Positions 21,270 through 32,757 of a stretch of DNA of 33,036 bases are shown one piece after another (the first letter of the stretch is position 1; every line of letters begins with the position of its first letter). Position numbers and translations under genes: made by a program. The stretch is from positions 927,172 to 960,207 of the forward strand of contig NW_008246071.1 in the NCBI RefSeq assembly GCF_000281045.1. Reading direction: 5' to 3'. The stretch comes from Saprolegnia diclina VS20 (taxonomy: Eukaryota). The notes under the pieces were generated by a model, which saw only the letters and a program-made list of their open reading frames with translations, did not search any database and was not told the origin of the DNA.

Positions 21270-23405
21270 CTCTCGGTCGCTGTTTGCGTTCTGGCCCGGA
21301 ACTTCAAGCTCAACGTCTTGGGTGGCCCGATATGCGACTTTGACTACGTATATACAAAATGCAAGAGAACATTAAACATTTGCATTTTATGAGGCAAAGA
21401 TCGCTCCAAGTCGAAAGATTTCGAGGGTGACGTTTGTCGAGTCAACATCCAGGCGACCACACACTCGCGTTGGCCGCCACCCGCAATGACACCGACGTCA
21501 TAGCATGGACCATGTACTAACTAGGATGCAGGCGGCGGGGTGCTTAGTAGGAAGTCGAGCGGACTCAAGTTGCCCGAGCATTGGCTCCATGGACTCAAAA
21601 CGCCCGTGGTGTCGCGACGCTGTTTAAAACAAGCGGGGAAAGGCGTCAGTTTTCGACCTTGAAGTGACATGCCAGCGCTGTCGTGTCATCGGTGCATTGC
21701 GATCGTTTTGCCGCAAGGTTGCTTTCTTCTTCAAGCAGGGGCTGTGTGGAAGGATTTGAAATCGTGCACGATGTCTCGAGCAGCAAGGTGCTTGGCCATG
21801 CAGCGTCGTATGACTACATCGTAGTGGCTGGCCTGTCGTCGTGGTAGCGATGTCTGCGTATTTGTGCAGCCAATCTTGTTGGCGGACGAGCATCCAGGAA
21901 ACGTAAACCACCGAGCCCCCGCTGTCGACGTGACATCTCGACGGTCCGTGACGCAATGGTTGGTTGCAGCAAAGCACGCACTTCACGAGTCCCGCCGCAG
22001 TACATTCGCCGCAGTCCAGGACGAGTCTGTGCTAGTGCAGTAGCATCGGATCGGGTACCAGTACGAGCCGTAAACTGGCAGTGCTTGCTCATGTTAAGCT
22101 CGGCTTGTGTGTGCGCGCCTGGTTGGATCCTGGCATGCTCAAGGACGTCTTCGTTCACCCGCTCCGTGTACCTACGTTGTTGATCAAGGAATGGCGCGAG
22201 GCCGTCGTTGCCATCAGTGTTGCAGTCAAGCCCGCTATCGTCGGCACCCACCGGGCGCAGCGGCTGCTTCATGCCGCTCATGTTGGTATGGTCGGATCGA
22301 ATCTGGTTGCGACCGTCGAAGTCTGGAGTTTGAATATAGAACGATACGTTGCATGCGTCCGGGTGTGGCCTCGTCGTACCTCGACGATCTCGCTGCTCTT
22401 GGTCGCATCAACGTGCTCGTTCTTGGCGCGAAGCTCACATCGATCTACCCAACGACGTAGCTGGACGCGCTGGGACTGGTATCGAAGCGGCGTTGGAGCT
22501 TGCGAGCTTAAATTACCTGTCTGCTTGCAACGCCGGTACAGGGGCGTCGGACGCGCGGAATTCGAATGAAAACCTCCTTCGTGCTCGGCAGGCGTCACAC
22601 CGTGTGCAGAAACATGCATGACATTCACAGCTACACCAACAACCCGCTCCGTAGCGTGTACTTGAAGCATCGATTCTACGACCACTACATGACTCGCTAC
22701 ACCCCGCTGACTCCAACGGCGGTAGCAGACCTCCCGTGGACGTTGTACCCTGTTGTCGTTGGTGTCATCTGGTGATAGAATTCAGTTTCGCCCAGCATGT
22801 CCGACCTGCGCCTGCGTCCCAAGCGTTGATGACGCCTGTGATGGTCGTGAATCAACATTGCGACGCTTTTCAACGCGCAAAACCAAGCTGCATCCATTTG
22901 GTTGCTGCGTAGTTGCTCGTATCCCTGCACGGAGCTCGTCCGGTTATCGATCACGCAGAGCAAAGAGCAGCGTTCGTACTCTGCAGCGTCTTTGCGCGCG
23001 GTTCAAAGCGACGACGTCCAAGAGTTAAGGTGGCGCCGTAATGTTGGTTTGAGTGTTGTGTTTGCATTCGCGCCATTTTTTCATTTCTCACCTCGTTTCG
23101 CACACACGACGCGTCGCGGTGTTTCACACTATCAAGTCTCTTGCGCTTTGTAGCAACTCAGACATTCAGTTGTGTGAAAAACACGTTGGCGCTGAAACCG
23201 TTTCACGTATACAAACTACAAGTCATAAACCGTTACGGCCCTCACGCACCTTACCAGACCGCGTGACCAACCAACGGCGTTTCTTGAATGCAGCTGATCT
23301 TACCTGCCTGGTTTATTGTATGACTTGTATTTAGTATACTTAGAGCAGATATATTCATTATAATACAGCGGCTACTGCTCGAATTCTTTTGACTGGCAAA
23401 TTCGA

Positions 23406-23445
23406 CCAATCAGGAACGCGCGTGATGGCAGTAGGGCTAGGGTTT
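23406..23445 (+). promoter_or_regulatory. CCAAT box plus telobox-like TAGGGTTT upstream of the bZIP gene
   Basis: GACCAATCAG has its CCAAT at 23406-23410. TAGGGTTT is at 23438-23445, and an INR-like TCATTTG is near 23519. Confidence 0.4.
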
Positions 23446-23630
23446 CAAAGTGACTTGGCGTTTGTAGGAAGTGAGGGGGCACGTGGCCGGGGGCTGATTT
23501 CGTAATCGTGCTTACTAATCATTTGCTTGGCTCGGGCGCAGGCAGCGAGCGCGACGGACCTCGGCGGCAAAACGGTATCCTAGACCTCGTGGTGCATGCA
23601 TCGCTGACGCTCCGTGTAGAACTCTCGACG

Positions 23631-25136
23631 ATGGACCCGTACAACAACTACCCCAACAACGGCAATCAAGGCCACCCGAACATGAACCACAGCCGCATGC
23701 CCCACAACATGCAAGGCATGCCCATGGGCATGCCCATGATGCCCGACCTTGGCATGGGCTTTGACGGATCGTACATGCAGGGCCCCGGCGGCTACGGCTT
23801 GCCTCCGATGCAACCACCTCCGATGGCAACTGCCTTAACGCCGATGTCGACCACGTCCAGCCAGCCCAGCGCGGCCGCGTCGTCCACCACCTCGAAGGCC
23901 AAGAAGCCATCGGCTGCTGCGTCGCGCAAGCGCAAGGCGCCGCCGAGCGATACGCAGTCCAACCCGGATGTACCCGATAGCCCGTCGTCGGCTACGGGTG
24001 GCGGCGGTGGTGCTGCCGATAACGAAGAGAGCCGCAAGGCGCGTCGCCGTGAGCAAATCGCCAAGGCCGCGCGCAAGCACCGCCAACGCCAAAAGGACGA
24101 GCTCGTCGCACTGCGCGAGAAGGTCAAGGACTTGAAGGAGCAGATCGAAGTGCTCCAGAGCTCGGAGCCATCCGAGCACGACACGGAGACGGGCTGGAAG
24201 CAGGAAGCCGAGCAACACGCCGAGATCCGCGCGCGTGTCGACCAAGAAAACGAGTTTCTGCGCAAAACGCTCATGGAGCAAATGAAGTTTATCCAGCGGC
24301 TCCAAGACTACTTTACCAAGCAGCCGCTCCTCAACGCGCCGTCGCTCAACAAGATGCTCACGACCGCGCCGTCGTCGAGCGCACCGGCGCCGTCGCCCGC
24401 GCTCATGCCGCCGCCGTCCATGCCATCGTCATTTTTCCAGCTCCCGACCGTCTCGTTCCGCGACTCGCTTATGAAGGTGGCCGACGACGCAATCCAGGCC
24501 GCCATGTCGTCGGTGCAGCACGGCGAACAGCTCTTCAAGCAGCCCAAGGTTGCCAACATGAGCTACCTCGGCGTGACGGTCCAGTACGAGATGGCGAAGG
24601 ACAGCATCCAGATCTTCCTCCGCCACGTGCTGCCGAACGTCAACTACATGGACGCAAGCTCGCGCGTCTGGGACCTCCTCACGTCCAAGACGTTCAACGA
24701 AGAGTTTCCGTTTATGGAGTCGTATGAAGTGCTCGACGCGATCGACAACGACACCAAGTACGTGCGCGCGCTCCTCAACCTCGCGCTCCCGAACGCCGAC
24801 GCCCACGGCACGGGCAAGATCAAGACGGAGCGTCTCCATGCAGTCAAGCGCCGCGTCGTCGCCAACGCCGTGTACATGGCCGCGCGCTCGGTCAATGACG
24901 ACCCGAGCTGGCCGCAGACGCCGGCGTACATTCGTCGCAACCAAAACCTCGGCATTGTGTTGCGCGAGTGCATGGACGACGGTCGCCGCGCCGCCGAAGT
25001 GCTCTGGTGCATGAAGGTGACGCTGGATGAGCACACAGACACGTCGATCACGGCCAACACGCCCGACACCATCCTCCGCAACCTCTTTGAAGTCACGCCG
25101 CCCTTCTTCAAGTCGCTCTTGGACCGCGTCCAGTAG
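23631..25136 (+). CDS. bZIP transcription factor with a C-terminal START-like domain (oomycete 'M96-like' architecture)
   Basis: The N-terminus is Asn/Met/Pro/Gly-rich. The basic region and zipper read RKARRREQIAKAARKHRQRQKDELVALREKVKDLKEQIEVL, and a second coil reads WKQEAEQHAEIRARVDQENEFLRKTLMEQ. The START-like part reads RVWDLL..YEVLDAIDNDTKYVR..VYMAARSVNDDPSWP..YIR. A 5'UTR intron is likely at about 23576-23619. Confidence 0.8.
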   Translation: MDPYNNYPNNGNQGHPNMNHSRMPHNMQGMPMGMPMMPDLGMGFDGSYMQGPGGYGLPPMQPPPMATALTPMSTTSSQPSAAASSTTSKAKKPSAAASRKRKAPPSDTQSNPDVPDSPSSATGGGGGAADNEESRKARRREQIAKAARKHRQRQKDELVALREKVKDLKEQIEVLQSSEPSEHDTETGWKQEAEQHAEIRARVDQENEFLRKTLMEQMKFIQRLQDYFTKQPLLNAPSLNKMLTTAPSSSAPAPSPALMPPPSMPSSFFQLPTVSFRDSLMKVADDAIQAAMSSVQHGEQLFKQPKVANMSYLGVTVQYEMAKDSIQIFLRHVLPNVNYMDASSRVWDLLTSKTFNEEFPFMESYEVLDAIDNDTKYVRALLNLALPNADAHGTGKIKTERLHAVKRRVVANAVYMAARSVNDDPSWPQTPAYIRRNQNLGIVLRECMDDGRRAAEVLWCMKVTLDEHTDTSITANTPDTILRNLFEVTPPFFKSLLDRVQ

Positions 25137-25445
25137 TAGTGTCGTCGTATGTGATAGCGTAGGAAGTAATAGTGTCTTGCTTTGAACAGTGTACATAATT
25201 TGGATCACGATGTGGTCGTTGTGTTGAGGAGCACGATCGCATGGCTTGTACAACTGAAAGCATGACGTGGCAGCACGAAACGAGGATTCGGCGACATGGT
25301 AACCTGCACGATCCAGTTGGCAACGATGTCAAACCAATCTGGCGGTTTAAGGTACTACAAGCACAAGGTAGTAGGCACTAAAGTGTGGAGCATTTATACA
25401 ATGATTGTACAAGTCAGGACGAGCTTGAACGGGTAAGCTCTTGGT

Positions 25446-25496
25446 TGCAGACTGCAACTGAGAGCTTCCTCTGTAGACTGCAAGTTGCAGTCTGCA
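25446..25496. repeat. 14-bp perfect inverted repeat with a nested palindrome
   Basis: TGCAGACTGCAACT (25446-25459) pairs with AGTTGCAGTCTGCA (25483-25496). A nested AGACTGCAA-G-TTGCAGTCT lies at 25475-25493. Confidence 0.8.
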
Positions 25497-25958
25497 GCCG
25501 AAACAACATTCTTACAAACAGTGGCAAATGTCGGTACAATAGCGACCATCCTTCTCCAGCAATAGTGAATCTCGGCGTCGCCAGCGTCGTTGATGTTGTT
25601 GATTGTGAAGATTGGGGAGGCGAAATGCATGGTTGTCGCTGCCTGCCGACGGGCGATATCACACGTGTAAAACACGTTATACTCACACGACTAGACGCAT
25701 TCCACGGAAGAGAACGCTTTCAGCACCGTTCCGAGGTAGTTGAAGAGCCATGGCCAATGATGAGCGTGCGCTGGGGCCTTGGAGACGGCATACAATGTTC
25801 CACGTCGAACGGGAATGCCACGTTGACGAACAAGTTTGCCTTTGTGGTAATTACCCACGCCAATAGCATATTTTCTCACGTGAAAAATGTGTGGTATAGA
25901 CGCCTTCAAGACACGACGTGACCAGCTGAGCAGGATTCATACACACGTTTCCGCAGGT

Positions 25959-26889
25959 ATGGCGGAGCTGGAGCTGCGCCGCAAGGACAAGGAAGCTTCA
26001 CTCTTGCCAGCACAGCGGCTTGGCTGGCGTCGCTGCCTCATTGCAGGTATGTAGCGTCTTGACCCCCTCCATTCACCTCTATTGCCCAACGTTTGTAGCC
26101 TGCCTCGTCCTCGCTGGCGCCGCAATCGGTGCCGCAGCCGGTGCAGCTGTGTCTGCCGGCCTCGCCACGCCACTGCCTTCGAAGGTCGAGGAAGCTACAA
26201 TGGCACCACTGCCCAAGCCCAAGCCTTTGCTCCTCATGATTGGCGACTCGATCACGCAGCAAGCATCCACCGTGAGCCTCCACGGCTTTCAAGCGCTGCT
26301 CGCCGAGGACTACATTCGTCGCGCGGATGTCATCAACCGCGGTCGGGGAGGTTGGACAACGCGGTATGTGCAATGTCGTCCAATCCTGATGTCAAGCAAC
26401 GTGAGTAGGAACTACTTGCCCACTGTCCCAGCGATGGTACAGGAGTGGGCTGCCCGACCGCCGAGCCTCGTGATCCTCGAGCTCGGTACAAACGACGCCA
26501 CCCGACCGAATGCCACAGACCAGTATGTCCCGCCCGGCGAGTACAAGGCAAATCTCGAGGGCATCGTACAGGGCTTTGTCGACGCATTTCCAGCAACCAA
26601 GTTTCTCTTCTTGACGCCGGCCGTCTCGGACGACGACATGTTTGCCCATCAAGCCCATCTGAATGCGCGGGCGGGTGCATATGCGAGCCTTTGCATGGAG
26701 GTAGCTGGTCGCCTGCACTTTCCCGTCGTCGATCTCTGGACACTGCTCCAGGGCAAACAGAAGGAGGTGCTGTCCGACGGTCTGCATCTTAACGTTCTCG
26801 GCAACGAGTTTGTTCACAACCAGATCATGGCTGCGATTGCAAGCTCGTATCCGGAGCTCACGCCAAGTGCGCTGCCAGTGCAGCTGTAG
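25959..26889 (+). CDS. SGNH/GDSL hydrolase (IAH1-like esterase) with an N-terminal signal anchor, 3 exons
   Basis: SGNH blocks are IGDSIT, ADVINRGRGGWTT, LGTNDA and SDGLHLN..GN. Introns are at 26047-26098 and about 26364-26408. The anchor is LIAACLVLAGAAIGAAAGAAV, following a basic cytosolic N-terminus. Confidence 0.92.
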
Positions 26890-27643
26890 CACATTCTCGA
26901 CGTATACCTTGCCGGCCCCATCGGTACCGTTTTAGAGTTAGCATCAAAGGAGTGCTAGTACACGTACCGCCAGCCGCAGCGGCCAACTTGCTACCGGTAG
27001 CGGAAGCCACGGTTAATTTTTTGCACACCAGTTGTGATGGCAAGCTCGTACTTACCTGCGTCTCGAGGGATTGCTGCATTGTCATTGTTGAAGTGGGTCG
27101 ATTATAACGCTAGTCACGTAGATCTACACGAAATAAAAAATTGTCCGACTTTTTGTTGTTCAGTACTAGTACGCTCGGTTGTCGAACTTGATCCAGGCAC
27201 GCTGAGGCAGGAGCGCGATCCGCGGGACAAGGTGCTGGCGCGGCCACTCGTGTTGGGCGAGGAGCCGGAGAAGACAACGAAGAGCCGGCTGCACAGGGTT
27301 TTGAACGAGGCTGTGGTGCAAGTGCAGTTGCACGCGCCACCTTGACAGCAATCGTCCATGGCGCGGTTACTTGGACAAACCGTGCTAGCCGCATGCGTCT
27401 CTTCCGTCTGTTGTACGAAGGTCAATCGCGCACACTACGTGCGGTTGTCATGTGCTGTCATGTGCCATTGGCCGTCGGAAAACCGTGGTGCTGCCGAAGT
27501 CGCGATCCAAGATCTTATGCCCACGTGGCAAGCGCTGCGTGTCTTATCCGGAGAAGAATCCCGAACGCGCGAGAGGGCGAATCCGGTTAAGGTGGGTGTC
27601 AACCGGATTGATCCCCCTGGTGCAAAGTTTGTATCCAAGAAAT

Positions 27644-29066
27644 ATGGGGCAGGGACAGAGCGGGCTCCCGGGCAACAAGAAGCCCGAGAAGAAGGACGAA
27701 GCGCCCAAGCGCAAGAAGTTCGAGCCCCGCGGGGGCGCCATGACCCGCAAGCGCAAGAAGAAGAAGGGCCCCTCGGTCGCGACGCGGATCCCCGCGGTCT
27801 TCCCGACCGCCAAGTGCAAGCTGCGCCTCCTCAAGCTCGAGCGCATCAAGGACTTCCTCTTGATGGAAGAAGAGTTCATCAAGAACCAAGAGGTCATGAA
27901 GCCCAAGCAAGAGAAAGACGAGGAGGAGCGTTCCAAGGTCGACGACCTCCGTGGCACGCCCATGGGCGTCGGGACCCTCGAAGAGATGATTGACGACAAC
28001 CACGCGATCGTGTCTTCGAGCGTCGGCCCCGAGTACTACGTCAGCGTCATGTCGTTCGTCAACCAAGACATGCTCGAGGCGGGCTGCTCGGTCCTGCTCC
28101 ACAACAAGGTCATGGCGGTCGTTGGTATCCTCTCGAACGACACGGACCCGATGGTCAGCGTCATGAAGGTCGACAAGGCGCCGCTCGAGTCATACGCCGA
28201 CATTGGTGGCCTCGACCAGCAAATCCAAGAGATCAAGGAAGCCGTCGAACTACCGCTCACACATCCCGAGCTTTACGAGGGCATTGGCATCAAGCCGCCG
28301 AAAGGCGTCATCCTCTACGGTGAGCCCGGTACGGGCAAGACGCTTCTCGCCAAGGCCGTCGCCAACCAGACGTCAGCGACCTTCTTGCGTGTCGTGGGCT
28401 CGGAGCTCATCCAAAAGTACCTCGGTGATGGCCCGAAGCTCGTGCGGGAGATGTTCCGCGTCGCCGATGACCACGCGCCGTCGATCGTGTTCATCGACGA
28501 AATCGACGCTGTCGGTAGCAAGCGCTACGACTCAAGCAGCGGCGGTACCCGTGAAATTCAGCGTACGATGCTTGAGCTCCTCAACCAGCTCGATGGTTTC
28601 GATGAACGTGGCGACGTCAAGGTAGACCGCATTCTTGCACCCTCGTCGGCTTGTCTCATGCGTCGACTAGGTGATCATGGCGACGAACGCCATCGAGAGC
28701 CTGGATCCGGCTTTGATTCGACCAGGTCGTATCGATCGCAAGGTACCCGATATCCTATTGCTGCGTTTTCCACACTGAGCTTCTCGTCTCTAGATTGAGT
28801 TCCCGCTCCCGGATGTCAAGACGAAGCGCCGCATTTTTGCGATTCACACGAGCCGTATGAGTCTCTCGGACGACGTCGAGCTCGAAGAGTTTGTCATGTC
28901 CAAGGACGAGCTCTCGGGTGCTGACATCAAGGCCGTGTGCACGGAAGCCGGCCTCTTGGCGCTTCGCGAACGCCGCATGCGCGTGACGCAAACCGACTTT
29001 CGCAAGGCCAAGGAAAAGGCTCTGTACAAGAAGAAGGCCAACATCCCCGAAGGTCTCTACTTGTAA
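27644..29066 (+). CDS. PSMC1: 26S proteasome regulatory AAA-ATPase subunit 4 (Rpt2), 3 exons
   Basis: Motifs are MGQGQS (N-myristoylation-type start), [21 protein letters not shown], Walker A GEPGTGKT, Walker [22 protein letters not shown] and the C-terminal PEGLYL. Introns are at about 28622-28670 and 28743-28793. Confidence 0.97.
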
Positions 29067-29752
29067 GCAGCTCGGCTGCGTTGCGCGATGCATTGAATGA
29101 AATACATGACACCACTATCCATTTTCTTCTTGCTCTGGTATCTGCTGCTGCCCTTGTTCATCGCTCCTCATGGACGTTCTTTCACATCGATCGCCAAAGC
29201 CCGCCACCGCTACAGCAGCGTCGAGAAGCAGTTCCCATGTTCCCTTGCCAGACATGCGACGCTAGCCGCGGTCAGCCTGACGTTTTTGGACGCTACCAAC
29301 AGGTTTCTTCGTGGCATGCGACCAGCAAGCAACCGGCCACTGCCGCCATGCCACCCGCTTGCAGCCGGACTACAACCACTCTGCACTCGCGCACCCCCAA
29401 GCAAGTTCACCAAGTATACTGCAATATGGCGATCCAGCGCTAAACTCGATGCCATGCGTCCTGCCCGTGTCCATGGCCCATCTTGACACGTGCCAGGTCA
29501 GGGCATGCAACCACTGAATCGACGACGCTTGCAAGATTGATGCCCATTCGCCGGCGGTACATACTGCCATTAGCCGACTGTACATGCAGGTCTTGCTTGC
29601 AGACTGTCATCCTACGCTGGCCCCATGAGCGTCTTTGCCGCCCATCGCACTCCGCCACTTCGAGGTTCTGGACCGCAAGAACGTGGGCGATCCGGATGTT
29701 GTCCGGATAGTTTGTATGGAGGAAGTCCACACAAGTACTTTTGCGAGACAGC

Positions 29753-31863
29753 ATGCCGACCGTGGGCGTCAAGCGCGACGAGCTCTTTGCGGCGATTGGC
29801 CAGCGCTTCACGGACGAAGAGTTCGACCATCTCTGCTTCGAGTTTGGCATCGAGCTCGATGAGATCACGAGCGAGCGCCTTATGAAGGAGAAGGAGCAGG
29901 GCGCCAAGGCCGCGGCCGGCGCCGACGACACGGTCATCTACAAGATCGACGTGCCGGCCAACCGCTACGATCTGCTGTGCGTCGAAGGCATTGCCCGCGC
30001 GCTGCGTGTCTTCATGCAGAAGGAGCAGCCGCCGGTCTTCCGCGTCATTGAGCCCAAGACCAAGCACGTCATTACGGTCAAGAAGAACATGGGCCTCGAG
30101 ACCATGCGCCCGTTCGTGGTCTCGTGCATCCTCCGCGACGTGACGTTCACGCAGGAGCGCTACGACAGCTTCATCGACTTGCAGGACAAGCTGCACCAAA
30201 ACATTTGCCGTCGCCGGACGCTCGTCGCCATTGGCACGCACGACCTTGACACGGTCTCGGGCCCGTTCACGTACGAGGTGCGAAGTTGCTTGTGCTTGCC
30301 ATGACGTAGCTCAAATGACGCATAGGGCCGTGCGCCGGAGAACATCCGCTTCGTGCCGTTGTCGCAGACGCGCGAGTTTAGCGCGCGCGAGCTCCTCGAC
30401 CACTACCGTACGAGCGCCGACTGCAAGCACCTCAAGCCGTACACGGACATCATTTACGACTTCCCGACGTACCCCGTATGCGCCAGCACCATCTACGGTA
30501 GCTCATGCGCCCACTAGGTGATCTACGACAAGAACCAGACGCTGCTGTCGCTGCCGCCCATCATCAACTCGGAGCACTCCAAGGTGCGTCGTCGCTTGCC
30601 GCTCGCACGTGCTGAGCCTGCTCGTGTAGATCAAGCTCTCGACCAAGAACGTCTTTATCGAGTGCACGGCCACGGACATTACCAAGGCCAACGTGGTCTT
30701 GAACACGATGATCGCCATGTTCTCGCAGTACTGCGCGGCGCCGTTCACGGTCGAGCCCGTCGAGATTGTCTACGAGAACGACGGCCACAAGGAGACAACG
30801 CCCAACATGTCGAACCGCGAGGTGCGTGCTCGCCGTAGCTCCAACAGCATCCGCACATCTCGTAATAGGTCGTCACCAAGGTCAAGGACATCCAGTCGAT
30901 GCTCTTTGGCACGAAGGAGCCGATCGACTTGGACGTCGAGCGCATCCTCAAGCTCTGCGTCAAGATGCAGCTCCAGGCCACGTACCTCAAGGAGAGCCAC
31001 AGCATCAAGGTGCAGGTGCCGCCGACGCGGTCCGACATCCTCCACCCGGTTGACGTCATGGAGGACGTGGGCATTGCGTACGGCTATGACAACATCCCGA
31101 TGACGCACCCGCCGACGCTCACGATTGGCCAGCCGCAGCCCATCAACAAGCTCGGCGACCACTTGCGCGACGAAATCTCGCGCGCCGGCTACATGGAGCT
31201 CCTCACGCACGGCCTCTGCTCGCACGACGAGAACTTCAAGTTCCTCAACCAAAAGGACGACGGCAAGACCGCGGTCGTGCTCGCCAACCCGTCGACGATC
31301 GAATTCGAGGTGCGCAAGTGCGCGCGTATCGAGTGCGTGCTAACATCGATGGCGTAGGTGGTGCGGACGACCATGATCCCCGGTGTGCTCAAGACCGTCC
31401 AGAACAACAAGTCGATGTCGTTCAAGGACGGCGTCAAGCTCTTTGAGATCTCAGACGTCGTCGTCCTCGATGACGCCACTGACGTTGGTGCTAAGAACGT
31501 GCGCCGCCTCTGCGGTCTCTACACGGGCAACACGGACGGCTTCGAAGTCATCCACGGCCTCGTCGACCGTGTCATGCAGCTGCTTGGCATTGGCTGCAGC
31601 CTCGAGGCGGGCCACGACAAGGACCTCTTCTACACCATGGTGCCGTCGTCGAGTACGCTTCCCCTTCCAGAATCCTCGGTCATCTCATGCACCATGTAGA
31701 CGCGACCTTCTTCCCTGGCCGCTGCGCCGACATTGTTCTCACGCGCAACGGCGAGAAGCTCAAGCTCGGGACGTTTGGCGTCTTGCACCCCGTGGTGCTC
31801 GAGCACTACGAGCTCCTCTACCCGTGCTCTGTCGTCGAGATGGACATTGAGCCGCTGGTCTAA
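29753..31863 (+). CDS. FARSB: Phenylalanyl-tRNA synthetase beta subunit (cytosolic), 7 exons
   Basis: Motifs are [114 protein letters not shown] and FGVLHP. Confidence 0.97.
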
Positions 31864-31982
31864 GAGAACAGTGTATTGCCACAGGATCGTAATTGCCAAC
31901 ATGCGATTGCTTTATATTGCTTTTTTGGTCTTGCTTTCTTTCGTGCTCGGTGTTGGCGACCTAAAGATAGAGCCAACGCAGC

Positions 31983-32757
31983 ATGCGCAAGCAGCAGCAG
32001 CAGCAAGCGACGGGACTCGAAGGCGACGCGCTCGACCGCGAGCTCGCGTCGCTCAAGCAGACCATCGGCCTCTGCAACCCGATCTTCCAGGGCCATGTCA
32101 ACGACTGGTACGGCGAACGCGCGGACGACGGTCGATGATGGCTTTGGCTAGGAAGAGCACGACGATGGCGTTCGAAGAGATGACGACCAAGGAGAAGGAG
32201 ATCCTCGCCGACCCGCCCAAGCCGGCGTCCAAGGGCAGGAAGACGCGCGTCGACGAGCGCGCGCTGCTTCGCGCCGACCCGATCGCCAAAGACGCCGACA
32301 TTGCAGCGTACTACCTTCGTCGAGCATATTGATGCAGATGGTTCACGCGAGATGATACTGGTGTAGCCTGCTCAAAGAAGTGAATGGGACACCACTCGAG
32401 AAAGCGTCGCGCGTAGGACGATGATGCGCTGGAGACGATGCCATCTCTATATGCGTGTAGGCCAAGCCGAGCAACAACGACGAGGTGGACATGAGCGACG
32501 GTCGGCGAAAGGACAAGGTCGTGGCGCCCAAGCCCATTCCAAAGGCGAAGCGGCTGCACATGAACGGGATCCTCCACGGCCTCCCGATCCCGTCCGAGTA
32601 CAAGCTCAGCACGACGACCAAGGAGGCGTTCGGCTACGACGCCGAGATGAAAATGCTCAACCGCGAGAAGGACATGAGCCACTTCCGGAAGCGCGACACG
32701 TACTCCGAGTATGTCGAAGCGCGCGCCCGCTTTAGCAAAATGCACAGCGTCACCTAA
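31983..32757 (+). CDS. Hypothetical 207-aa protein, 4 exons; possible ciliary microtubule inner protein
   Basis: Exons 31983-32107, 32152-32307, 32367-32412 and 32461-32757 join in frame (624 nt) across GT-AG introns. It contains DWKSTTMAF and YKLSTTTKEAFGY, and ends HFRKRDTYSEYVEARARF. Confidence 0.65.

Noticed and set aside
20436..21392. 318-aa plus-strand ORF
   Set aside because: It is antisense to the carnitine acyltransferase exons.
27114..27360. Cys-rich minus ORF MDDCCQGGACNCTC (metallothionein-like start)
   Set aside because: The Cys pattern does not continue and the rest is Ser-rich with no family signal. A small gene cannot be excluded but is unsupported.
27452..27643. N-terminal extension of Rpt2 in the ORF track
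   Set aside because: It begins at a non-ATG start, and the conserved MGQ start is at 27644.
29097..29700. Short ORFs between Rpt2 and FARSB
   Set aside because: They have no motif or host codon bias and are treated as UTR or intergenic sequence.
31901..32332. Apparent secreted RxLR-like effector ORF (MRLLYIAFLVLLSFVLG..RRRRAR)
   Set aside because: The hydrophobic leader comes from the T-rich FARSB 3' UTR. The middle reads out of frame through an exon and an intron of the better 4-exon model starting at 31983.
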